Positions 18,535 to 26,533 of a DNA stretch of 64,000 nt are shown in pieces. The translations under genes were made by a program, and so were the position numbers. The notes below the pieces were generated by a model. That model did not search any database and was not told where the DNA came from. It saw only the letters and a program-made list of their open reading frames with translations. This stretch comes from a bacterium (GTDB taxonomy: Bacteria > J088 > JAWLBW01): contig JAWLHK010000008.1 in assembly GCA_041690355.1 (NCBI GenBank), positions 7,374 through 71,373 of the forward strand. Reading direction: 5' to 3'. The first letter of the stretch is position 1. Each line of letters opens with the position of its first letter.

Positions 18535-19458
18535 ATGCCGACAACCGTCGCCCCCGCATCCGCTCCTGGCCCCGCCCTCGACCCGCATCGCCTGGTGCGC
18601 CGCCGTGTCGTGCTCGCCATGGTCACGCTCTACGTCCTGTGGAGTTCCACCTACCTCGCCATCCGCATCGCGGTCGAGAGCCTGCCGCCATTTCTCATGG
18701 CCGGCGCCCGGTTCGCCGTGGCCGGAAGCGTGCTCTACGCCGCGCTCCACCTGCGCGGTGTTGCGGCGCCCTCCCTACGGCAGTGGCGGAATGCGGGACT
18801 CATCGGCCTCTTTCTGGTGCTCGGGGGAAACGGGCTCGTGACCCTGGCCGAAACCACCGTTCACTCGGGGACGGCCGCCATTCTCGTTTCGACCTCGAGC
18901 CTGTGGACGACGATGCTCGGCGGCTTCATCGGGCTCCCGCGCCGGCGCCTGGAGTGGGCCGGCATCGCCGTCGGCCTTTCGGGGGTCGTGCTCCTGCACA
19001 TGCAGGATCTCGACCATCTCGGCAGCCCCTTCGGCATCGGCCTGGTCCTCACGGCCGCCGTCCTCTGGGCAAGCGGGTCCATTCTCTCGCTCCGGCTCGA
19101 CCTTCCGGACGCCGTCATGTCGACGGCCGTCCAGATGCTTGTGGCCGGCGGCGCCATGCTCGTCCTTGGCGCGCTGCTCGGCGAGCGGATTCCGCATGCC
19201 CCCACGCCCGATTCCCTCTGGGCCTTCGGCTATCTCATCTTTGTCGCCATGTCGGGCTTCACCGCCTACAACTACGCCATCCGCCATGCGCGCCCGGCCG
19301 TGGCCACGAGCTACGTCTATGTGAATCCGGTGCTCGCCGTCCTGCTCGGCGCCCTCGTCCTCGGCGAACCGATTACCCCTACGACGGTAGCCGCCATGGC
19401 GATCATCGTGAGCGGCGTCATCCTTGTCGTGCTCCCGGGTGCGCTCCGCAGGAAGTGA
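18535..19458 (+). CDS. EamA/DMT superfamily transporter
   Basis: Ten predicted TM segments and two EamA-like halves. Confidence 0.8.
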   Translation: MPTTVAPASAPGPALDPHRLVRRRVVLAMVTLYVLWSSTYLAIRIAVESLPPFLMAGARFAVAGSVLYAALHLRGVAAPSLRQWRNAGLIGLFLVLGGNGLVTLAETTVHSGTAAILVSTSSLWTTMLGGFIGLPRRRLEWAGIAVGLSGVVLLHMQDLDHLGSPFGIGLVLTAAVLWASGSILSLRLDLPDAVMSTAVQMLVAGGAMLVLGALLGERIPHAPTPDSLWAFGYLIFVAMSGFTAYNYAIRHARPAVATSYVYVNPVLAVLLGALVLGEPITPTTVAAMAIIVSGVILVVLPGALRRK

Positions 19459-19665
19459 CGAGTGACGAGCAATTGACGATTTACGATTGACGATTGACAA
19501 TTTACGATTGCGGTCGGGGAAGCACCTGACATTGCATCGGCCCTCGTTTCTTTGGCGCTTGGTGCTTGGCGCTCGGCGATTTTCCCCCCGCCCTCGCTTC
19601 TCAGGAATCAGGAATCCGGGCTTGATTGGCGCTTAGCGCTCAGCGCTTCGCGCCTGGTCCCCTCT
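19459..19665. repeat. Composite intergenic element: (GTGACGA)n, (TTKACGA)n, GGCGCTTGG blocks and (CAGGAAT)n
   Basis: Direct reading; homologous full elements at 35495-35700 and partial copies at the sites listed in the findings. Confidence 0.65.
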
Positions 19666-20590
19666 AGGCCGACGGCTGATCCTGTACGCCCGCCTCCGGC
19701 CTGAGCGGTTCTGCTACTTCGACCTCTTCCGCAATGCCCCCTTCGAACGCCCATCGATAGTCGGCGGCGAACTGGTCGAACGTTCGCGGGGCGCGGCCGG
19801 TGACCTTCTCGACATGGTTCGTGACCCGCGCGGCGATCTCCGTCTGCTCGAACGGATGGAGCGCGAAGAGCACGTCAATCGAGGCCTCGTCGACCCCCGC
19901 ATTCCGCAGCGCATCGCGGGCGTCGCCGACCTTGAGGTCCACGTATCGGACCTCACGTCCGAGTATTCCACCGAGGTGCCGGGCCACCTCCACGTTGGAC
20001 AAGGCCCGGGGACCGGTCAGAAACAGCGTGCGCCCGTTCTGGGTTTCGTGAATGAGCGCGGTCGCGGCCACGAGCGCCACGTCGCGCGCGTCGACGTAGC
20101 TCACGGCCGATTCGCCGGCGGGCTTGAAGACGATCCCCTGCTCGCGCACGACCTCGCCGAGGTGAAAGGCAAAGTCCTGCATGAGCGGGTGCGGGCGCAG
20201 GAAGACATACTGGAAGCCCAGAATCCGGATCTCGTTTTCGATCGCCCGGTGGTGCTCGATGAGCTCGTTGTCGCGCAGAACGCCGATGCCAGGTACCGAG
20301 ATCTTGACGATTTTGCGCACCCCCGCCTGCACCGCCGCGAGCACGAGACGCATCTCGGTCTCGAACTGGGCGGGGCCGAACGATGTGAGCAGAAAGAGGG
20401 TTTCGCACCCGGTAAGAGCCTTGCGCACCGAGCTGTCGCTGGCATGGTTGACGCGCACTTCCTCGTGCACCGTCTGGGTCGGGATACGGCCGGTCGCGTG
20501 TACGCCGATGCGCACGGGCACGTCCTGGGCGGCCAGGATCCGGAGCAGGTCTGCACCGATGAGGCCGGTGGCGCCGGTTACGAAAATCAT
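19664..20590 (-). CDS. NmrA-like NAD(P)-binding atypical SDR oxidoreductase
   Basis: N-terminal MIFVTGATGLIG Rossmann motif; GGAGG SD. Confidence 0.75.
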   Translation of the reverse strand: MIFVTGATGLIGADLLRILAAQDVPVRIGVHATGRIPTQTVHEEVRVNHASDSSVRKALTGCETLFLLTSFGPAQFETEMRLVLAAVQAGVRKIVKISVPGIGVLRDNELIEHHRAIENEIRILGFQYVFLRPHPLMQDFAFHLGEVVREQGIVFKPAGESAVSYVDARDVALVAATALIHETQNGRTLFLTGPRALSNVEVARHLGGILGREVRYVDLKVGDARDALRNAGVDEASIDVLFALHPFEQTEIAARVTNHVEKVTGRAPRTFDQFAADYRWAFEGGIAEEVEVAEPLRPEAGVQDQPSA

Positions 20591-20780
20591 GGGGAAACCT
20601 CCGCGGGAAATCTGATTCCATTCTGGGCCATCCGTGAGCTTCTGCGGGCGTGAGGGGAGACTCGGTCGGGCCGAATGCACCCGGCGACGCGCAACCGGCC
20701 TCCTGTGCTCCTGCGCCCCCCGCATCCGGCATTTGCCGCCCCCGAGGCACCTTTGCTATCATGATGGATTGAGCGCTTTC

Positions 20781-20870
20781 GGAGGGGTAGGAAAGCGGCT
20801 TAATCCACCTGACTCGAAATCAGGAGTCCCTTCACGGGGACCGTGGGTTCAAATCCCACCCCCTCCGCCA
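20781..20870 (+). tRNA. tRNA-Ser (anticodon CGA), class II with long variable arm, CCA encoded
   Basis: Acceptor GGAGGGG/CCCCTCC, anticodon loop CUCGAAA, T-arm GTGGGTTCAAATCCCAC, 3' GCCA. Confidence 0.8.
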
Positions 20871-20886
20871 TTTTCTCCCTTCGCAT

Positions 20887-20925
20887 CGAAAAGGGCTTCC
20901 GGCCCACCGCCGGAAGCCCTTTCGC
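20887..20925 (+). terminator. Hairpin AAGGGCTTCCGG-N7-CCGGAAGCCCTT followed by TTCGCGTTCT, immediately 3' of tRNA-Ser
   Basis: Perfect 12-bp inverted repeat. Confidence 0.5.
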
Positions 20926-21006
20926 GTTCTGCGCCGCGCCCCGCCCGCAGACCCCCGTCGCTCCCGCTCGCCCCGATGCCCCCCGACAATGGAGAGTGGG
21001 AGTAAG

Positions 21007-22452
21007 ATGCCTGACGCGAACCCTCGCCGGCTCCGCATTCATGCCGTGACGCGCGCTGCAGCCGTGGTTGCTGTGGTTCTCGTCGCCCTCATCCTCACTG
21101 CCGCCTTCGCCGCTTCGCGGGCGTGGGATGCATCGCAGGAGGCAGGTGATGCCGCAATCGCCGCCGCCATCACCGACGAGTTCGACCAGGCCTTGCGCGA
21201 ATACCACCGCCTGGGAAACGTCGCCATGGCCGAGTCGCTGAACCTCGACCCCGCGCGGTCTGCAGTCGCCGACCTTATCCGCACCCTGCTCCGTGATGTG
21301 CAGCAGTGGGCCGATCCCGAAACCACAGCGCTCTTGCGGCGGCTCACGGCCCAGACCGAACGGTATTTTCTCGAGCGCGAGGAGCTCGAGCGGCAAAATC
21401 TCGAACTCGCGGCGATCATTCGACGCCTGCGGCCTTCGCTCGAGGGGGCGCTCGCCACCAGTCACGCCCTGCAGGTTCATCACCAGCGGCGCTACGAGGC
21501 GGCTCGTGAGACGCAGGAAGAGGCACTGCTCGCCCTCGTAGCCACGACGGGCATCTCAGCTCTTCTCATGGGTGTGAGCGTCGTCGCTTTCGCCGTGCTG
21601 ATTAACAGCCGGTTACTGAATCCGCTATACCGATTACGCCGGGCTATGGCCGCATTCCGGGACGGTGACTCGCATCTGGAGCCGGCGGGCCGGGCGTTCG
21701 CCGAAGTTCATGATCTGGTGGAAGGATATCAGGAGTTGACGGAAACCATCGTCAGGCAGCGCCGCAACCAGCTCATCTTTCTGGCCGCCGTCGCCCATGA
21801 CCTGCGCAACCCGCTCGCCGCGATCAAGCTGATCGCACAGTCGGCCAAGGCGCACGCCCCGTACCTGACCCCCGAACGCATCGAACAGCTCGACGCCCAG
21901 CTCGATCGCGTCATGCGCATGGTCGGTGATCTGCTCGACGCCCTGAGTATCGAAACGGGGAGCGTCACCCTTGCGCTCGAAGCGACCGACCTGCGCCGAC
22001 CGGTCGAGACCGTGACGTCGCTCTACGCCGCCACGACCGATCGGCAGCGGATCGTCCTGCACAGCTCCGTCGAGCCGGTCATGCTCTGCGTCGATCCGGC
22101 GCGCATCGAGCAGATTCTCGGGAACCTGATCAGCAACGCCATCAAGTACTCCGATCCCGGAACCGACATCGTCGTCACCGTGGGCGCCATCCCCGGCGGC
22201 GCCGAGATCGCCGTGCGCGACCAAGGGCGCGGCCTTTCGGAGGACGACATCCAGAAGATCTTCCAGCCCTTTCACCGCCGGCCCGACTTCGGCTCCGTGC
22301 CCGGCGTCGGGCTCGGCCTGTTCATCGTGCGCCGCCTCGTGCGCGCCCATGGGGGCGAGGTAACCGTGCAGAGTACGCCGGGGGCGGGAGCTACATTTTG
22401 CGTGCGCCTGCCGGCCACGAAGGATTGCGACCCCCGCACCGACGGTCCGTGA
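21007..22452 (+). CDS. Sensor histidine kinase (TM/HAMP-like region, HisKA, HATPase_c)
   Basis: H-box AAVAHDLRNPL; N, G1, G2 boxes (GNLISNAIKY, DQGRGL, GVGLGL). Confidence 0.8.
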   Translation: MPDANPRRLRIHAVTRAAAVVAVVLVALILTAAFAASRAWDASQEAGDAAIAAAITDEFDQALREYHRLGNVAMAESLNLDPARSAVADLIRTLLRDVQQWADPETTALLRRLTAQTERYFLEREELERQNLELAAIIRRLRPSLEGALATSHALQVHHQRRYEAARETQEEALLALVATTGISALLMGVSVVAFAVLINSRLLNPLYRLRRAMAAFRDGDSHLEPAGRAFAEVHDLVEGYQELTETIVRQRRNQLIFLAAVAHDLRNPLAAIKLIAQSAKAHAPYLTPERIEQLDAQLDRVMRMVGDLLDALSIETGSVTLALEATDLRRPVETVTSLYAATTDRQRIVLHSSVEPVMLCVDPARIEQILGNLISNAIKYSDPGTDIVVTVGAIPGGAEIAVRDQGRGLSEDDIQKIFQPFHRRPDFGSVPGVGLGLFIVRRLVRAHGGEVTVQSTPGAGATFCVRLPATKDCDPRTDGP

Positions 22453-22464
22453 CGGGTCCGCAAG

Positions 22465-23529
22465 CTACTCGCGGTTCTCCCCTTCGGCGGATCCGACGTC
22501 AGGCGCAGCCTCGACGTCGGGCAGCGGTAAACAGACGGTCATGCAGGTGCCTGCGCCGGGCCGGCTCTCGAGCTCGATGCGCCCCCCATGGGCGCGGGTC
22601 AACCGGGCGGCGATGTAAAGGCCGAGCCCGAAGCCCTGCTTGCGCTGCGCGCTCGAGGCCCGCTCGAAGGCGTCAAAGACGTGCGCCTGCGCTTCGGGCT
22701 CAATGCCGACACCTCGATCGCAGACTTTCACACAGGCGTCGCGTTGGCGCCTGAAAATCGTTACACGAACGGGAAGCCCGCGTCCGTACTTCATTGCGTT
22801 CGTCAACAGATTGAGGAAGATCTGTTCGAGACGCTGCGGATCCCACTCGCCCTCAAGCCGGGCGCTTTCTGCCTCGACCACGAGTTCGATCCCCGCGTCT
22901 TCAAACAGCGGTGCAATCTGTTCGCGCAACGAAAGGAAGAGCGCGTTCAGTTCGACCCTGCGCCGTGCCAAGGCGGGTTCGCGATGCCGCAGGTAGCTCG
23001 CGTCGAGCACGTCGTTGAGGATACGCTGCGCGCGCCAGACCGCCGTTTCTACCCTGCGGAGTGCGGCATCTGCCGGACTCAGGGCGCGCAGGCTCGAAAG
23101 CGTGAGGGTTGCCGCCGTCAGGGCGTTTCGCACTTCATGGCTGACGAGTCCGGTCAATTCCTCACGCGCATGGCGTGCCTGATCGGCCCGTTGCCGATTG
23201 CGCTTCAAACCGTCGATGAGCAGGATGTAGCCGACGTTAATAAGGACGAAAAAGACGAGCTGCAGCAGATCCTGCGTCCACGTAGACGGAATGAGGAGCC
23301 GCCCGTCGAGGATATAGACCTCGGCAAGGAGAGAAGACGCCGCGAGCGCGAGAATGCCGTAAAACCGTCCCAGGTAGGCGCCATAGGCCACGACGGGATA
23401 CAGGAGAAGAAACCGGCTGGGCTCGAGAATCGCGAGTTCGCGCTGCAGAAAGACCGCGGCGACGGCCAGACCCATGACGGCCACGGCGCGGGCGAGCCCG
23501 ACGTTGAGTGAAGTCGATTCCTGATTCAC
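22465..23529 (-). CDS. Membrane sensor histidine kinase
   Basis: N-terminal TM helices; H-box LVSHEVRNAL; HATPase motifs. Confidence 0.8.
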   Translation of the reverse strand: MNQESTSLNVGLARAVAVMGLAVAAVFLQRELAILEPSRFLLLYPVVAYGAYLGRFYGILALAASSLLAEVYILDGRLLIPSTWTQDLLQLVFFVLINVGYILLIDGLKRNRQRADQARHAREELTGLVSHEVRNALTAATLTLSSLRALSPADAALRRVETAVWRAQRILNDVLDASYLRHREPALARRRVELNALFLSLREQIAPLFEDAGIELVVEAESARLEGEWDPQRLEQIFLNLLTNAMKYGRGLPVRVTIFRRQRDACVKVCDRGVGIEPEAQAHVFDAFERASSAQRKQGFGLGLYIAARLTRAHGGRIELESRPGAGTCMTVCLPLPDVEAAPDVGSAEGENRE

Positions 23530-23756
23530 AGTGTGCGCCCGCGCGTGGAGAATACAGATACGCGCTTCCGGCAGAGACGCGACGGCCGAAAATGGTCATC
23601 GCTGTGCGCACAGCATAACACACATTTTCGCCATGCTTGGTGAGTGCGGCAACAAACTCCAGAGGGCATTCAAGCAGAGCCCGGGTCGGTCGCGCGTCGG
23701 AGTTCGCCTCAAACGGTTGGCGGCCGCTACCGGGGCAATCATGGTCCGAGAGTGAA

Positions 23757-23993
23757 CTATGCATCCCAGTCGACCAGCCGCAGCCCGACGACGCGGCCGA
23801 ACTCCCGCGTCTTGTGCGTCACCAGCGTCGCATCATGGGCGCGCGCGATTGCAGGCGCGCGCGATTGCAGCGATCATCAGGTCATTGGGGCCGATGGGAC
23901 GGCCTTGCGCCGCAAGGTCGGCCCGGATCATGCCGTAATGCTCTGCGCACCGGTCATCGAGTGGTGTTGAGGTAAAAGAACACCCCGTTGGAC
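23757..23993 (-). pseudogene. vapC: VapC (PIN domain) toxin remnant: only the C-terminal half, further disrupted by a 16-bp tandem duplication
   Basis: Reverse translation gives ...PLDDRCAEHYGMIRADLAAQGRPIGPNDLMIAAIARA then, after a frameshift, HDATLVTHKTREFGRVVGLRLVDWDA*. GCGCGCGCGATTGCAG is directly duplicated at 23839-23854 and 23855-23870; removing one copy restores the frame. No N-terminal PIN half and no start codon. Confidence 0.6.
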
Positions 23994-24215
23994 TCAATCC
24001 CGGCGCTCGAAGTTGGTTTCAACCTCTCGCTCCAGCCGGTCTCCGGCCCACCGCCCCACGACGCTTTCAAACCAGCCATCCGGCCAGCGCGCGGCAGTGA
24101 GCTCGCGCGTCACCAGCGTAGCGAGGAACCTGGGAACGGTCAGGTTCGCCTCCTGCGCTTTTCGCCGGATGAGCGCTTCGAGGTCGTCAGGAATGACAAA
24201 GTGCAGCTGCCCCAT
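23994..24215 (-). CDS. Ribbon-helix-helix (CopG/VapB-like) antitoxin
   Basis: MGQLHFVIPDDLEALIRRKAQEANLTVPRFLATLVTRELT has an RHH-like pattern; sits immediately upstream of the VapC remnant. Confidence 0.55.
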   Translation of the reverse strand: MGQLHFVIPDDLEALIRRKAQEANLTVPRFLATLVTRELTAARWPDGWFESVVGRWAGDRLEREVETNFERRD

Positions 24216-24251
24216 AGGATCATGATTACATAAGTCTGCGCCTTTTCCCGA

Positions 24252-24998
24252 TCACTCGGCCGCCTTCTTTTTCTTCTTCGGCTTTTTTTGTGGCTCGCCA
24301 TCGACCGAAGAGAGCGCGCGCTCCAGATCCCGGCCGGCCGCATCCGTCGTTCTGCGGACCCCCGCCCAGCGGCTCGCATCTGTGTACACCGAGAAGAAGA
24401 GGCCGTAGGTCAGGCCGCCGTAGCGGAACCCGCCGTGGGTCCCGACATCGAATGGCGCCGGGCTCGCGTAGCCGCCTTCGAGCGTAATCGCGAACGGTCC
24501 CGCCCAGGGCGCCCAGGCGAGCCCCAGCGTGCCCGACAGCTGCGGGAAGAAGCTGTTCTCCACATGGTCTTCTGCGCCGTAGCCGGTCAGGCTCGAGCGC
24601 AGCCACGGAAATTCGGCCGCTACCTGGGCGTAGCCGCTCAGACTCGGCAGAAACCGCTGTGTGCGGCGCAGGCCGAAGTAGGGGTCGACGATGGTGAGCG
24701 TCGACGTCAGCCCCTCGAGTTCGGCGTCTTCGCTGCCGAAGCGCAGCCCGCCCACGTATTCGGCCTTGCCGTACAGATGTCCGGACACCTGGACGTCGAG
24801 CAGGTTGAAGGTGCGAACGCTCCCGACATCCCAGAAATCATCGTCGGCCGTGTGATAAGGGGCGAAGATGCCGTCGGTCGTCTGCACGTTGTGAAAGCCG
24901 AACCGCAGTTCCGCGGCCTCTGCAGACCCGGCCGGGAACGTTGAGAGCGCGAATGCCGCTGCGAGAAGAAGGCCGGCCGTTTTCGGGAAAGGTTTCAT
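24252..24998 (-). CDS. Secreted protein, possibly an outer-membrane beta-barrel, with a lysine-rich C-terminal tail
   Basis: Signal peptide MKPFPKTAGLLLAAAFALS; alternating hydrophobic pattern; C-terminal Phe-containing strands; KKPKKKKK tail. Confidence 0.45.
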   Translation of the reverse strand: MKPFPKTAGLLLAAAFALSTFPAGSAEAAELRFGFHNVQTTDGIFAPYHTADDDFWDVGSVRTFNLLDVQVSGHLYGKAEYVGGLRFGSEDAELEGLTSTLTIVDPYFGLRRTQRFLPSLSGYAQVAAEFPWLRSSLTGYGAEDHVENSFFPQLSGTLGLAWAPWAGPFAITLEGGYASPAPFDVGTHGGFRYGGLTYGLFFSVYTDASRWAGVRRTTDAAGRDLERALSSVDGEPQKKPKKKKKAAE

Positions 24999-25003
24999 CG
25001 TGC

Positions 25004-26533
25004 TCATTCTCCCCTCCGATCGAGGATGCCGTCGACGAGAAAATCGGTCTGCTCCTGCGTGCGGGCTGCCGCCGGATCGTGGAAGAGAATCGAACCGTAG
25101 GGATAATCGAGCAGCGCGAACAGAGAGCCGCCCTTGCCAAGCGTGCCGATGCGCAGCGGATAGAACGGCAGGTCCTCATGATCACGTGTCAGATCGAGCG
25201 CCTCGATCTTGCCCGTGCGCAGGTTGAGCGCCACCAGATCGGCGAAGTTCTCGAGGCGCAGAAACAGATGGGCGCCGTCGGGGGTCATGACCGCTTCGGC
25301 GATGCGGTCGGGGAGCTCTACCGGGCTGAAGGCTTCGGCATAGTTGACGTACGTGAACGAGTCGCCCGCCCCGTCCTGCCCGCGGTGGATGGCCACCGAG
25401 CTCTGTCCGTCGGGGGCGTGCAGGATCTCGTCGGCGCGCAGCTGGAAGGGAATGACGACGACGTGGCCGGTGCGCACGTTGAGGCGGTAAATCGACGGCG
25501 CCCCTTTGGCCTGGTGCATGAGCACCCTGCGGCCGTCGGGCGTCGCGACGAGGGTATCGGGCTTGCTCAGGATGTCGGGCATGCGCACGGTCACGGCGCG
25601 GTTCAGGTTGTCGACGTTGAACACCGAGATCGTCTTGTTTCCGTTGAGCACATAAAGCAGCCGCGTCTCGCCGGTGTCGCTGCGCGGAAAAATCGTTTCC
25701 GCGTCAGCCGCGAGCGGGGGGCCGAGCGCCAGCGCGACCGGCTGCTCAACGTCCTGGGCGAGAAAGTTCACCGGCGGCAGATCGAGCGCGGTGTCGGTGG
25801 CGACCGAGAGAATCTCGTCGCGCCCCTGGATGAGCACGAAGACCCGTCCTGCCGTCTGCACGGCCCCGGCCGGCCGTTCGCTCAGGTTGACCTGCACGCT
25901 GAGCGGCCGCGTCTGTTTCCAGTCTTCGCCCGGATCGGCTTCGAAAAGCCGCTCCAGCTTCACCTGCGCCATCTGGCCGGGGGAGAAGAAAAGGAGCCGC
26001 GTCTCGCCGTCCCTCTCGTAAAACGCAATCACGTCGGGGGGCGAGCCCACGGTGAACTCGGCCGCCTCGCCGGTGGCACGGTCGAGCACCGTCATCTGAT
26101 TCGGATCGACGATACCGGGCGCGTCGCCTCCCGGCGTGGCGCGCAGCAGGAGCCAGCGGCCGTCGGGCGACTCGTCGAGGCGATCGCAATACCGGCAGAC
26201 GGCAAAGGTCGCGGCCGTGGCCCCGTCGGCAGAAAGCAGCGTGAGGCGCCCGCGGGCCGGATCGATCCACGCGGTTCCGCCGCCGCCGGCCAGGGCACGG
26301 GCAATCGTGGGCTTGCCGCTCGGATAGAACGGAACGCGCCCGCCCGGGTGCAGCACGAATCCCTGCTTCCACGCGGGATCGTAGACGGCCACCCGTCCGC
26401 CGGCGCCCACCGCCTGCAGCCGGTCTGAGAAGGTTGCTGAATCCCGAGTGTCGCAGCCTGCGAGAAGCAGGGTCGCCCCAAGCAGCCCGGTTCCGAGAAT
26501 CTTTCGCCATGCGCTCGCATGTACCATGGTCAC
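25004..26533 (-). CDS. Lipoprotein with beta-propeller-like repeats
   Basis: Lipobox LLLAGC; repeated hydrophobic/Asp-Gly blade-like segments. Confidence 0.55.
   Translation of the reverse strand: MTMVHASAWRKILGTGLLGATLLLAGCDTRDSATFSDRLQAVGAGGRVAVYDPAWKQGFVLHPGGRVPFYPSGKPTIARALAGGGGTAWIDPARGRLTLLSADGATAATFAVCRYCDRLDESPDGRWLLLRATPGGDAPGIVDPNQMTVLDRATGEAAEFTVGSPPDVIAFYERDGETRLLFFSPGQMAQVKLERLFEADPGEDWKQTRPLSVQVNLSERPAGAVQTAGRVFVLIQGRDEILSVATDTALDLPPVNFLAQDVEQPVALALGPPLAADAETIFPRSDTGETRLLYVLNGNKTISVFNVDNLNRAVTVRMPDILSKPDTLVATPDGRRVLMHQAKGAPSIYRLNVRTGHVVVIPFQLRADEILHAPDGQSSVAIHRGQDGAGDSFTYVNYAEAFSPVELPDRIAEAVMTPDGAHLFLRLENFADLVALNLRTGKIEALDLTRDHEDLPFYPLRIGTLGKGGSLFALLDYPYGSILFHDPAAARTQEQTDFLVDGILDRRGE

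Noticed and set aside
18355-19665. Heptamer repeat blocks as a possible CRISPR array
   Set aside because: Units are 7 bp with no spacers of 25-40 bp and no cas genes. They are tandem microsatellite-like modules of a repeat element, not CRISPR.
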